Positions 26,091 through 34,648 of a DNA stretch of 64,000 nt are shown in pieces. The stretch is from positions 7,896 to 71,895 of the forward strand of contig URTF01000001.1 of the NCBI GenBank assembly GCA_900550695.1, given 5' to 3'. The notes below the pieces were generated by a model. It made no database searches, was not told the origin of the DNA, and saw only the letters and a list, made by a program, of their open reading frames with translations. Position 1 is the stretch's first letter; each line of letters begins with the position of its first letter. The position numbers and the translations under genes are program-made. Origin of the DNA: an uncultured Ruminococcus sp. GTDB taxonomy: Bacteria > Bacillota > Clostridia > Oscillospirales > Ruminococcaceae.

Positions 26091-26366
26091 TTAAAGTCCC
26101 TTGCAGGTCTTGCTGTAAAGCACGAACGAGAGGATAACGCAGATTATCTGCGCAGCGTTGACGGAAAGCGTAAATCCGAACGCAAGCTTGAAAACGATGA
26201 GGTCAAGCACCAACGGGCTGTTCGTGTCCAGTCCGACAGACAGCGTGTAGGAAAGCCACGAAAGGTAAGGGACACCCTCGCAGATATTTCCGAGTATCGT
26301 TCCGAGTAAAATTCCTGCAAGAAGAAAAAAGAGAAATGCGATAGTGCGTTTTAAACCGCTGCTCAT
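26091..26366 (-). CDS. Small membrane protein (DUF4321-like)
   Basis: 91 aa with two TM segments. The motif LVLDLIVFKLAFGFTL is typical of the family. Confidence 0.55.
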   Translation of the reverse strand: MSSGLKRTIAFLFFLLAGILLGTILGNICEGVPYLSWLSYTLSVGLDTNSPLVLDLIVFKLAFGFTLSVNAAQIICVILSFVLYSKTCKGL

Positions 26367-27805
26367 GAGTTTGCTCCTTTATCGGTAATTTTTCTGAATG
26401 CAAAGCCGCAGAGTATCCAGAATATCGGTGCGCAGAGGACAGAGCTGAAGCTGAAAAAGCTTTGGATAATGTAAGCCGCAATAGCGACAAACATCGCAGT
26501 ATCCTGCCATTCGGCGCCCTTTATCGAAGCCTTGAACTTGCCGAATGAGCTTTTGAGCGAAGCTGCGAGGAAAACGGCAAATGCGGCAGCGGCAGGAATT
26601 CCTCGTGTTGCGGCAACATAAACGATCTCGTTGTAGCTTCGGTCGATAGAGCAAAGCGAAAGCGTGTCGTTCGCCATCTGGTATTTTGCCATAAGGTCGG
26701 GGCCTATACCAAAGAGCGTATGTTCCTTTATAAAGTACAGGCTCTTTTCAAGTCCGATGCCGTAAAGCGACTGAGCGTTTGCAACGGAGTAGTTCGTAAC
26801 GATATAAAGGCGGAAGAATGCGTCATAGTAAGCAATTGCCTTGTCACGGATATAAATGCCCTGGAATATCCATATCAGCGCAAAGATAACAGCCATTCCG
26901 ACAGCGACTGCAGCGTATCTGTAAACGGAGCTTTTAAGTATTCCGTTTTCAAACGCAGTCGGCTTTGAAGCGAAAATCATTATCGATACGATGACAAACA
27001 CCGCCGACATTCCTATTATCGGAACTATGGACGAAGTGAAGAAACCGACGAGCCAGAAAAGCATTGAAGCTGCACCGTAAATCCTTGCACGGAGGATATT
27101 TTTTTCATAGACCGCACCCGTTAAAGCTGCGGCGAATACGATAGTGAGGAACGTTCCGAAAACGATAGGATTTTCCGAAAGTCCGTGCGAAAGCATTACA
27201 TCTTTGAGTGCGACCGTTGGAAGATCGGCGAAGTTCGGCATAAAACGAAGCTTCGGGATATGCTGAAAAACTGCGAAAAGCGACTGTACAACGCCGACTG
27301 CGACGATAGTATCCATGATGATGCGAACCGTCTTTGTGCGTGTTACGCAGGCTGCAAGGCAGAAGATACCGAAGTAGCCGAGCAGTGAGAGCAGACCCTC
27401 ATATCGTCCTATCTCGCCTGCGAGCGCAGTGTTAACGACCTCAGAGGCAACATTCGGGCGGAGGACAACGCAGTAATACGAAGCGAACGCCCAGACCGCC
27501 ATAAAAACGATGAGCCAGAGTATCTTGTCTTTTTTGAACGAAAGGCAGCCCTTTATCATTGCGATAAGGAAGAAAAGTATGCAGGAAAATCCCGTGAAGT
27601 ACAGTCCCGCACTCATAAATGCAGGCGAAGCATTCACGCCGTAAACGAGGAATCCCGTTATCTGCGGTACGATAACGCAGGCTGCGAGCAGAGCCGCTAT
27701 CCAGTTCTGGAGCGTTTCCTGCTTCATATTTAGGATAAAGTTCGATTTGCTGGTTGTACCGAATATGGTTTTCGGCTGTTTTTTCGTCTGATTTGGTGTG
27801 TCCAT
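26363..27805 (-). CDS. O-antigen ligase-like (Wzy_C) polytopic membrane protein
   Basis: About 480 aa with more than 10 TM segments. ATG at 27805 has SD GGAG. 4-nt overlap with the downstream gene. Confidence 0.55.
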   Translation of the reverse strand: MDTPNQTKKQPKTIFGTTSKSNFILNMKQETLQNWIAALLAACVIVPQITGFLVYGVNASPAFMSAGLYFTGFSCILFFLIAMIKGCLSFKKDKILWLIVFMAVWAFASYYCVVLRPNVASEVVNTALAGEIGRYEGLLSLLGYFGIFCLAACVTRTKTVRIIMDTIVAVGVVQSLFAVFQHIPKLRFMPNFADLPTVALKDVMLSHGLSENPIVFGTFLTIVFAAALTGAVYEKNILRARIYGAASMLFWLVGFFTSSIVPIIGMSAVFVIVSIMIFASKPTAFENGILKSSVYRYAAVAVGMAVIFALIWIFQGIYIRDKAIAYYDAFFRLYIVTNYSVANAQSLYGIGLEKSLYFIKEHTLFGIGPDLMAKYQMANDTLSLCSIDRSYNEIVYVAATRGIPAAAAFAVFLAASLKSSFGKFKASIKGAEWQDTAMFVAIAAYIIQSFFSFSSVLCAPIFWILCGFAFRKITDKGANS

Positions 27806-27900
27806 AAATAAAACTCCATTCAGAAAAATATCCCTGCGATTTGCGCCGCAGGGATAATTATTGCTTTCGTGTTTACAGGCTGTAATATACACAATGTATA

Positions 27901-29463
27901 TTACTTAGCGTATTCAACTACGCGGCTTTCACGAATGATATTAACTTTGATCTGTCCGGGGTAGTCCATTTCGTCCTCGATACGCTTGGCAATATCTCTT
28001 GCAACAATGACCATCTTTTCATCGTTGATCTTGTCGGGATAAACCATGATGCGGACTTCACGGCCTGCCTGGATAGCGAAGGATTTTTCAACACCCTCAT
28101 AGGAGCAGCAGATCTCTTCGAGCTTTTCAAGACGCTTGATGTAGTTCTCGTAGTTCTCGCTTCTTGCGCCCGGTCTTGCCGCTGAAATAGCATCGGCAGC
28201 CTGAACGAGAGCAGCGACAACGGAGTGTATCTCAACATCGCCGTGGTGAGCCTCGACTGCGTGAATGACCTCAGGGCTTTCCTTGTACTTGCGGCAGACA
28301 TCAACGCCGATCTGGACGTGTGAACCCTCGATCTCGTAGCTGAGAGCCTTACCGATATCGTGGAGAAGTCCTGCTCTTCGTGCGAGGTTTGCGTCAACGC
28401 CAAGCTCGGAAGCCATAATTCCTGCGAGATGTGCGACCTCGATAGAATGGTTGAGTACGTTCTGGCGGTAGGAGGTTCTGTAATGAAGTCGTCCGAGGAG
28501 GCGTACAAGCTCGTGATTAAGACCGTGTACGTTGGTTTCGAGAACGGCTCTGTCACCCTCCTGCTTCATGATATGCTCGACTTCACGGCGAGCCTTGTCG
28601 ACCATTTCTTCGATACGGGACGGGTGGATCCTACCGTCTGCGATAAGCTTTTCAAGTGCGATACGGGCAACCTCACGGCGAGCCTGATCGAAGCAGGAAA
28701 GCGTGATAGCTTCGGGTGTATCGTCGATGATAAGGTCAACGCCCGTGAGCGTTTCGAGTGCCTTTATGTTTCTGCCCTCACGTCCGATGATCCTGCCCTT
28801 CATTTCGTCATTCGGCAGAGGAACAACGGAAACTGCAGATTCGGATACCTGATCTGCGGAGCATTTTGAAATTGCAAGGGAAATAAGATTTCTTGCCTTT
28901 TCCTCACATTCGTCCCTGAGCTGCTGCTCATAAGACTGTATCTTGAGAGCCTTTTCATGTACAAGCTCATTTTCGAGCATTGAAAGCAGGTGTTCCTTAG
29001 CCTGATCCATAGTGAACTGTGAGATCTTTTCGAGGGTTTCCATCTGCTGCTTTTTGATATTGTCGGCTTCTTCAAGCTTTTCGTCAGCCTGCTTGATCTT
29101 TTTCTGGAGTATTTCGTCCTTTTTATCAAGGCTGTCGTTCTTTTTGTCGAGATTGTCTTCCTTCTGCTGGATCCTGCGCTCCTGACGGGAAATTTCTCCG
29201 CGGCGCTCTTTGAGTTCCTTATCAAGCTCGGAACGGCTCTTCTGGATCTCCTCCTTTGCATCGAGAAGTGCGATCTTTTTTTGATTTTCTGCTTCTGTCT
29301 TTGCTGCTTCGACAAGTCTTTCGGCTTCCTTTTCCGCCGAACCTATCGCTGCCTCGGCCTGCTTTTTGCGGTGGTTTATACCTGCGGCGAAGAATATCGC
29401 TCCACCGACAGCGAAGCCTGCAATAAGCGCAATGACAGCCGCAATGATAGCTGCTGTGTTCAA
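27901..29463 (-). CDS. rny: Ribonuclease Y
   Basis: N-terminal TM, long K/E coiled coil, KH domain ([11 protein letters not shown]) and HD domain (LLHDIGKA). TTG start with SD GGGGAGG. Confidence 0.92.
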   Translation of the reverse strand: MNTAAIIAAVIALIAGFAVGGAIFFAAGINHRKKQAEAAIGSAEKEAERLVEAAKTEAENQKKIALLDAKEEIQKSRSELDKELKERRGEISRQERRIQQKEDNLDKKNDSLDKKDEILQKKIKQADEKLEEADNIKKQQMETLEKISQFTMDQAKEHLLSMLENELVHEKALKIQSYEQQLRDECEEKARNLISLAISKCSADQVSESAVSVVPLPNDEMKGRIIGREGRNIKALETLTGVDLIIDDTPEAITLSCFDQARREVARIALEKLIADGRIHPSRIEEMVDKARREVEHIMKQEGDRAVLETNVHGLNHELVRLLGRLHYRTSYRQNVLNHSIEVAHLAGIMASELGVDANLARRAGLLHDIGKALSYEIEGSHVQIGVDVCRKYKESPEVIHAVEAHHGDVEIHSVVAALVQAADAISAARPGARSENYENYIKRLEKLEEICCSYEGVEKSFAIQAGREVRIMVYPDKINDEKMVIVARDIAKRIEDEMDYPGQIKVNIIRESRVVEYAK

Positions 29464-29691
29464 GTCCTTGACCTCCCCAAAATTATATTATCGCTCGGAG
29501 GGCCTGAACGAGAGGATTTCACATTCCGCAGTAAGAATTTCTCTGCGAAAACGGTGAAAAACGAAAATATCCCTGCCTTTCTCAATACTTTAAACGTTTA
29601 AGCCGAACCGTTTGCAAAAAACGATATCAGCCGAGTAAAACGCCGAAGCGGCAGAGAGATATGTTATCGTTACCCCGAATATTATCCTCAA

Positions 29692-29720
29692 TTGACAATT
29701 TTCACTACATAACGTATAAT
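29692..29720 (+). promoter_or_regulatory. Orphan perfect sigma-A promoter (TTGACA-17-TATAAT) with no obvious downstream gene
   Basis: Hexamers at 29692-29697 and 29715-29720. The next 350 nt on the plus strand lack a credible RBS-preceded ORF. Confidence 0.5.
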
Positions 29721-30124
29721 TTTATCCGAAAAATACAATCTGTAAAGAATAACTGAACCCATAAAACGGGTTTGATAATGATAATGAATATATGAAACCT
29801 CTGTTCAAAGCGACAGAGCGAGTGAAAAATGAACTGCAATTTATCAAGCCGGCACCGTTCGCCGTCAAAAGACCATTCCGCATAAGCGAGCAGAACAGCG
29901 TATGAACCGCATACGGCAGCCGCCTTAGTGACAAACCTGCGAGCCTTTTTATCGGCAGGCAGAATTACCTCATATTGCATTTACTTTATTATTGTAATAT
30001 AAATCATTAATAATGTCAAGGTTATTTTAACATTTTCACACTTTTTAATAAGAAAAAAGCCTCTTAACTGTGAAAAAAGACGATTGACAAATTCCGAGAA
30101 GTGTGATAACATAAACACATAATA

Positions 30125-30375
30125 ACATAAAAACGTTGATAAAGGAAGGCAACCCTCCGTTGAGGACTTTCAGAGAGCGGCAGTCATCGGCTGAAAACTG
30201 CGGCAGGTTCGGGAGCTTTGCACACCGCCTTTTGAGTGCGCTCAATCTGCGCCGTCAGCCTGCGTTAAAGGCATTAATGAGGTGTGTTTTTCAGGGAAAA
30301 GCGCATAAATTAAGGTGGAAACACGGTTTTTATCGTCCTTAGTGCTTGTAAAAAAGCGTTAAGGACGTTTTTGTT
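30125..30375 (+). promoter_or_regulatory. T-box riboswitch leader of thrS (probable Thr ACC specifier about 30224-30226) with terminator at about 30335-30375
   Basis: AGAGA box, T-box sequence aaattaaGGTGGaaACacGG at about 30308-30326, and terminator stem cgtccttag/ttaaggacg plus TTTTT. Candidate promoter TTGACA at 30084. Confidence 0.75.
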
Positions 30376-30442
30376 TTCTTAAAAAGGATAAAAAACGAAT
30401 TTTATGTTAAAATTACTATAATATATGTGGAGGTAAACGAAA

Positions 30443-32389
30443 ATGGTAAAGCTCACACTTAAAGACGGAAGCGTTAAGGAATGTGAAAAGGGCACAGCCG
30501 CAGCAGATGTTATCAAGGGCATCGGAATGGGTCTTTATAAGGCTGCATGTGCTGTAAAGCTCGGCGGAAAGGTATGCGATATCCGCACACCTATTGAAGA
30601 GGACTGCGAATTTGAAGTTCTCACATTCGATTCCGAAGACGGCAAAAAGACTTTCAACCACACAGCATCGCATATCCTTGCTCAGGCTGTAAAGCGCCTT
30701 TACCCCGAGGTAAAGCTTGCTATCGACCCTGCAATTCAGGATGGATTCTACTACGATTTCGATGCGCCTAAAGCATTCACACCCGATGACCTCGCAAAGA
30801 TCGAAGCCGAGATGAAGAAGATCGCCAAGGAGGGCATCGAGCTTGAAAAGTTCGAGCTTTCCCCCGAGGAAGCTATCAAGAAGCTTGAAGAAATGGGCGA
30901 ACCTTATAAAGTCGAACTCTGTCGGGAACACGCAGGCAAGGGCGAACCTATCTCATTCTATAAGCAGGGTGACTTCATCGACCTCTGCGCAGGTCCTCAC
31001 CTCGCTTCGACTGCTCCTGTAAAGGCTGTAAAGCTTCTCTCCTGTACAGGTGCTTACTGGAGAGGCGACTCAAAGGGCAAGCAGCTCTGCCGTGTTTACG
31101 GTACAGCATTCCCCAAGGCAAGCGAACTCGAAGCATACCTCGCAGCAAGAGAAGAAGCTCAGAAGCGTGACCACAACAAGCTCGGCCGTGAGCTTGAATA
31201 TTTCACAACGGTTGACTGCATCGGTCAGGGACTTCCCGTTCTTCTTCCAAAGGGCGCAAAGGTTATCCAGATACTTCAGCGCTGGGTAGAAGATGTTGAA
31301 GCTTCAAAGGGCTGTATGCTCACAAAAACTCCGCTTATGGCAAAGCGTGACCTCTATAAAATTTCGGGACACTGGGATCACTACCTTGATGGTATGTTTA
31401 TCCTCGGCGACCCTTACGATGAGGAAAAGGAATGTTTCGCACTCCGTCCGATGACCTGCCCGTTCCAGTATCAGGTATACCTCAACCGTGCAAGATCGTA
31501 CCGTGATCTCCCAATGCGTCTTACCGAAACCTCCACACTTTTCAGAAATGAGGACAGCGGCGAAATGCACGGTCTTATCCGTGTCCGTCAGTTCACAATT
31601 TCCGAGGGTCACTATATCCTTCGCCCCGAACAGCTCGAAGATGAGTTCAGAGGCTGCCTTGAGCTTGCAAAGTATATGCTCGATACAGTAGGACTTCTCG
31701 AGGACTGCACATTCAGATTCTCCCAGTGGGACCCCGCAAACCCGAAGAATAAGTACGAGGGTACAGCGGAACAGTGGGAACACGCTCAGTCCGCAATGAA
31801 AACTATCCTCGACGACCTCGGCGTTGAATATTCTATCGGTATCGACGAAGCCGCATTCTATGGCCCTAAGCTCGATATCCAGTATAAGAACGTATTCGGC
31901 AAGGAAGATACACTCGTAACTATCCAGATCGATATGCTCCTCGCAGAAAAGTTCGGTATGGAATATACCGATGTTGACGGCAAGAAGCGCAGACCTTATA
32001 TCATCCACAGAACATCACTCGGCTGCTATGAGCGTACACTCGCATACCTCATCGAAAAGTATGCAGGCGTGTTCCCGCTCTGGCTCGCTCCCGAGCAGGT
32101 AAGAATTCTCCCTATCGGCGAAGCTCATCAGGCTTATGCTCAGGAGATCGCAGATAAGATCACAGCACACGGAATGAGAGTAACTGTCGATAAGCGTGAC
32201 GAAAATATCGGTACAAAGATCAAGGCATCACGTCTTGAAAGAATCCCATATACCTTTATCATCGGCGATAAGGAAACAGAAAACAAGTCCGTTACTATCC
32301 GCTCGAGAAAAGAGGGCGAGCTTCCCGACGTTAAAATTGACGAAGCACTCGCTAAGATCTTTGAGGAGAATGATACTAAGGCAAAATAA
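30443..32389 (+). CDS. thrS: Threonine--tRNA ligase
   Basis: 648 aa with TGS, editing (HTASHILA), class II core and anticodon-binding domains. Confidence 0.95.
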   Translation: MVKLTLKDGSVKECEKGTAAADVIKGIGMGLYKAACAVKLGGKVCDIRTPIEEDCEFEVLTFDSEDGKKTFNHTASHILAQAVKRLYPEVKLAIDPAIQDGFYYDFDAPKAFTPDDLAKIEAEMKKIAKEGIELEKFELSPEEAIKKLEEMGEPYKVELCREHAGKGEPISFYKQGDFIDLCAGPHLASTAPVKAVKLLSCTGAYWRGDSKGKQLCRVYGTAFPKASELEAYLAAREEAQKRDHNKLGRELEYFTTVDCIGQGLPVLLPKGAKVIQILQRWVEDVEASKGCMLTKTPLMAKRDLYKISGHWDHYLDGMFILGDPYDEEKECFALRPMTCPFQYQVYLNRARSYRDLPMRLTETSTLFRNEDSGEMHGLIRVRQFTISEGHYILRPEQLEDEFRGCLELAKYMLDTVGLLEDCTFRFSQWDPANPKNKYEGTAEQWEHAQSAMKTILDDLGVEYSIGIDEAAFYGPKLDIQYKNVFGKEDTLVTIQIDMLLAEKFGMEYTDVDGKKRRPYIIHRTSLGCYERTLAYLIEKYAGVFPLWLAPEQVRILPIGEAHQAYAQEIADKITAHGMRVTVDKRDENIGTKIKASRLERIPYTFIIGDKETENKSVTIRSRKEGELPDVKIDEALAKIFEENDTKAK

Positions 32390-32449
32390 ATTTGCCTCGC
32401 TAAGTAAATTATCCTCGGCTAAGCAAAAGGTTTAGCTATGCAAAAAAAT

Positions 32450-32814
32450 AAAGTTTACGTCCACGCTTTTCAAAGGGTGGCAGGGGTCAAGGGGACGGAG
32501 TCCCATTGTCGCTCTCCGCAGAGAGCGAAATTCCCCAAACTGACAGCATAACCGCCGGTTGCAATAGCGAAATCAGCAGCAAATAAAAAGGCGCAATTCA
32601 CACCAAAACGTAAAACAGAACGTGAGAAATCAGTTTTGTAAACATTAAAAATGTGAATTGCGCCCATTCTGTTTTCCTAAAACAAACTGTCCTCTGACAG
32701 CAAATATACGAACGAAGTGAGCATATTTGCTGTCAGACATAATATGAACAGCTATGGAAAATGACTGCGAACCATACAGTTTGCGCTATGATATGATTTC
32801 ATATCCGTCCGTTT
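32450..32814 (-). repeat. ~365-nt multi-hairpin repeat R, copy 2 (inverted relative to copy 1)
   Basis: Its reverse complement aligns with 22590-22949 (roughly 75-80 percent by eye). The shared 13-bp hairpin is at 32590-32664. Confidence 0.6.
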
Positions 32815-32865
32815 GAGCAATAATTATTCATTGAAACTATAACCTGTACAAAGTGAGGGATAACT

Positions 32866-33315
32866 ATGATCGAATACAAAAAGCTTACGGAAAAAGAGCT
32901 TGACCGCTTTATCGAAATGCGGATAGCGCAGCTCCGTGAGGAGGGCGCAAAGGAGGATATCGACCTGCGCCCTGCGCTGAGAGATTATTACGAACGCCAC
33001 ATAAAGGACGGGACCTTCGTTTCGTGGCTCGCTTTTGACGGGGACGAAATTATCGGCACAAGCGGAATGTCGTTCGTAGAAAAGCCGCCGTATTTCGGCT
33101 GTCCGAGCGGCAGGATCGGCTTGCTTTCGAGTATGTTCACCGACAGCCGCTACAGAAGAAAGGGCATTGCGACCGAGCTTTTAAACCGTGTTATCAGCGA
33201 GGCGCGAAGCTACGGCTGCGGAACGGTGCAGATAACCGCTTCCGATATGGGCGTGAAGCTTTATTCTTCGTATGGCTTTGTGCATAATGAGAATTTTATG
33301 CAGTTTAAAATTTAA
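32866..33315 (+). CDS. GNAT family N-acetyltransferase
   Basis: 149 aa. Acetyl-CoA motif RRKGIATELL and C-terminal YSSYGF. Confidence 0.8.
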   Translation: MIEYKKLTEKELDRFIEMRIAQLREEGAKEDIDLRPALRDYYERHIKDGTFVSWLAFDGDEIIGTSGMSFVEKPPYFGCPSGRIGLLSSMFTDSRYRRKGIATELLNRVISEARSYGCGTVQITASDMGVKLYSSYGFVHNENFMQFKI

Positions 33316-33328
33316 CACATAATACTAA

Positions 33329-33445
33329 TACTAAACACCAATAAAATACAGGAAAAAATCTGCGCCGAAATCGCATATAAACCTGTTAAAAACAGCTACA
33401 AGATTATCGGCTTGATTTTTTCCAAATTTTAAATGGTGTTTAGTA
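33329..33445. mobile_element. MITE-like palindromic element, copy D (117 bp)
   Basis: Same termini as the other copies. Flanked by TAA/TAA. Confidence 0.8.
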
Positions 33446-33455
33446 TAAAAAAGAT

Positions 33456-33499
33456 AAAAACGAGCAGATCGGTTCAACTGTGACTGATCTGCTCGTTTT
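33456..33499. terminator. Bidirectional intrinsic terminator
   Basis: Stem aaaacgagcagatc/gatctgctcgtttt. Confidence 0.7.
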
Positions 33500-33504
33500 A
33501 CTTT

Positions 33505-33581
33505 TGGTGCACCCGACGGGATTCGAACCCACGGCCTTCAGAGTCGGAGTCTGACGCTCTATCCAGCTGAGCTACAGGTGC
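33505..33581 (-). tRNA. tRNA-Arg (anticodon CCG), CCA encoded
   Basis: A 77-nt cloverleaf was folded by hand: acceptor GCACCTG/CGGGTGC, D-arm GCTC..GAGC, anticodon stem TCAGA/TCTGA with loop CTCCGAC, T-loop GGTTCGAATCC. The T-stem base has two G-U pairs. Confidence 0.9.
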
Positions 33582-33637
33582 GGAAGCATCACTCCAAAAA
33601 ACTTCGGGAGCAATGCTGTTGTTATATTTTATGATCT

Positions 33638-34111
33638 TTAATTGGAAATATTCAGCTTTCTTCCCTTGCTGACGTCTGCAGCATTTGACGATGAACAATA
33701 ATCTGCGACCTGCTTGCTTTTTGCCGCCTCGTCAAGCTTTGACTTGATCTCGTCACGCTGCTTTGCAAGACGGTCATACGCTTTTTTGTCGTTGCGATTT
33801 ATTTCCTCACGCAGCTCCTGAACACGCTTGATCTTGTCCTGCAGCTGCATAAGATCGCCGTTGAGATCGTCTATCTGTTCAAATCGGAGGAGGGCATTTA
33901 TCTTATCCATTCTCTCGATCGACTGCTCACTGACATACTGCTTGACTGCGACCGAAATGCCGTCCATATTGGTGAGTATCTGCTGACGCTCCGCAATAAG
34001 GTCACCGACTCCGTCGATGCTGTCCTCGGTGATTATACGGGAAGTTATTTCGTTGTAATGTTCAAGCTGGTGGATCTTATCGTCCATCAGATCGATAATG
34101 GTTCTGTTCAA
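33638..34111 (-). CDS. Coiled-coil protein of unknown function, last gene of the flagellar operon (FliT/FlgN-like position)
   Basis: TTG start with SD AAGGGGG 7 nt upstream. Helical heptad-rich sequence. Assignment is by position only. Confidence 0.45.
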   Translation of the reverse strand: MNRTIIDLMDDKIHQLEHYNEITSRIITEDSIDGVGDLIAERQQILTNMDGISVAVKQYVSEQSIERMDKINALLRFEQIDDLNGDLMQLQDKIKRVQELREEINRNDKKAYDRLAKQRDEIKSKLDEAAKSKQVADYCSSSNAADVSKGRKLNISN

Positions 34112-34219
34112 GTGAACACCCCCTTAATGCCGGAAAGCTGTGCGGCGAATCCACGCCGAGCATCACTTCGTTTGAGTAAAATGAGTTCAGAGGTGACCTT
34201 AAGATACTGCTTTCTTGGA

Positions 34220-34585
34220 TCAGATCTTTTTGCTCGCCTCAAAAAAGGCATCACGGAGTTCCTGAAAAAACGGGATAAGTCCTTCAAGTATCTCCTTGTC
34301 CTTTTTCATATTTGCCTGAATGATCTGTTCACGGAAATACTGATAGAGTGATGCAAGGTTATCTGTGATCTCATAGTTTTCCTTTAAGCTTGCGTCGAGC
34401 GCATCAATGATATCTCCTACTCTTGTTATTGAATTATGAGCCTTGGGGATATCCTTGTCCTCGATATAGATTATTGCTTTTTTCAGTTCGGTTATAGCCT
34501 TGTCATAAAGCGCAATAAGCAGCTGCGCAGGGGTCATTGTCGTAACGACATTGTTCATGTATTTCTGATATGGATTTGGTACCAT
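34220..34585 (-). CDS. fliS: Flagellar export chaperone FliS
   Basis: NPYQKYMNNVVTTMTPAQLLIALYDKAI is the FliS N-terminal signature. Confidence 0.85.
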   Translation of the reverse strand: MVPNPYQKYMNNVVTTMTPAQLLIALYDKAITELKKAIIYIEDKDIPKAHNSITRVGDIIDALDASLKENYEITDNLASLYQYFREQIIQANMKKDKEILEGLIPFFQELRDAFFEASKKI

Positions 34586-34648
34586 GAAAACACCGCCCAT
34601 TAGTTATTTGAGGGTGAGCTTCGTGTATTCAAAGCTCACCGTTCGTTA

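Noticed and set aside
25485-26309. 274-aa plus-strand ORF
   Set aside because: It is antisense to the FliB-like and DUF4321-like genes. It has no start context or motifs.
29705-29980. 91-aa minus-strand ORF between rny and thrS
   Set aside because: It has no SD upstream of its ATG. Its C-terminal third is an AT-rich run that passes through a perfect opposite-strand promoter, and no motif is recognised. It may be a gene remnant and is kept only as context for the orphan-promoter finding.
29725-30085. Possible 6S RNA or second T-box upstream of thrS
   Set aside because: I could not find end-to-end pairing with a central bubble, as expected for 6S RNA. I also found no GGTGG-type T-box sequence or specifier-loop features in this segment.
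31304-32008. 234-aa minus-strand ORF
   Set aside because: It is antisense to thrS. It is a shadow ORF.
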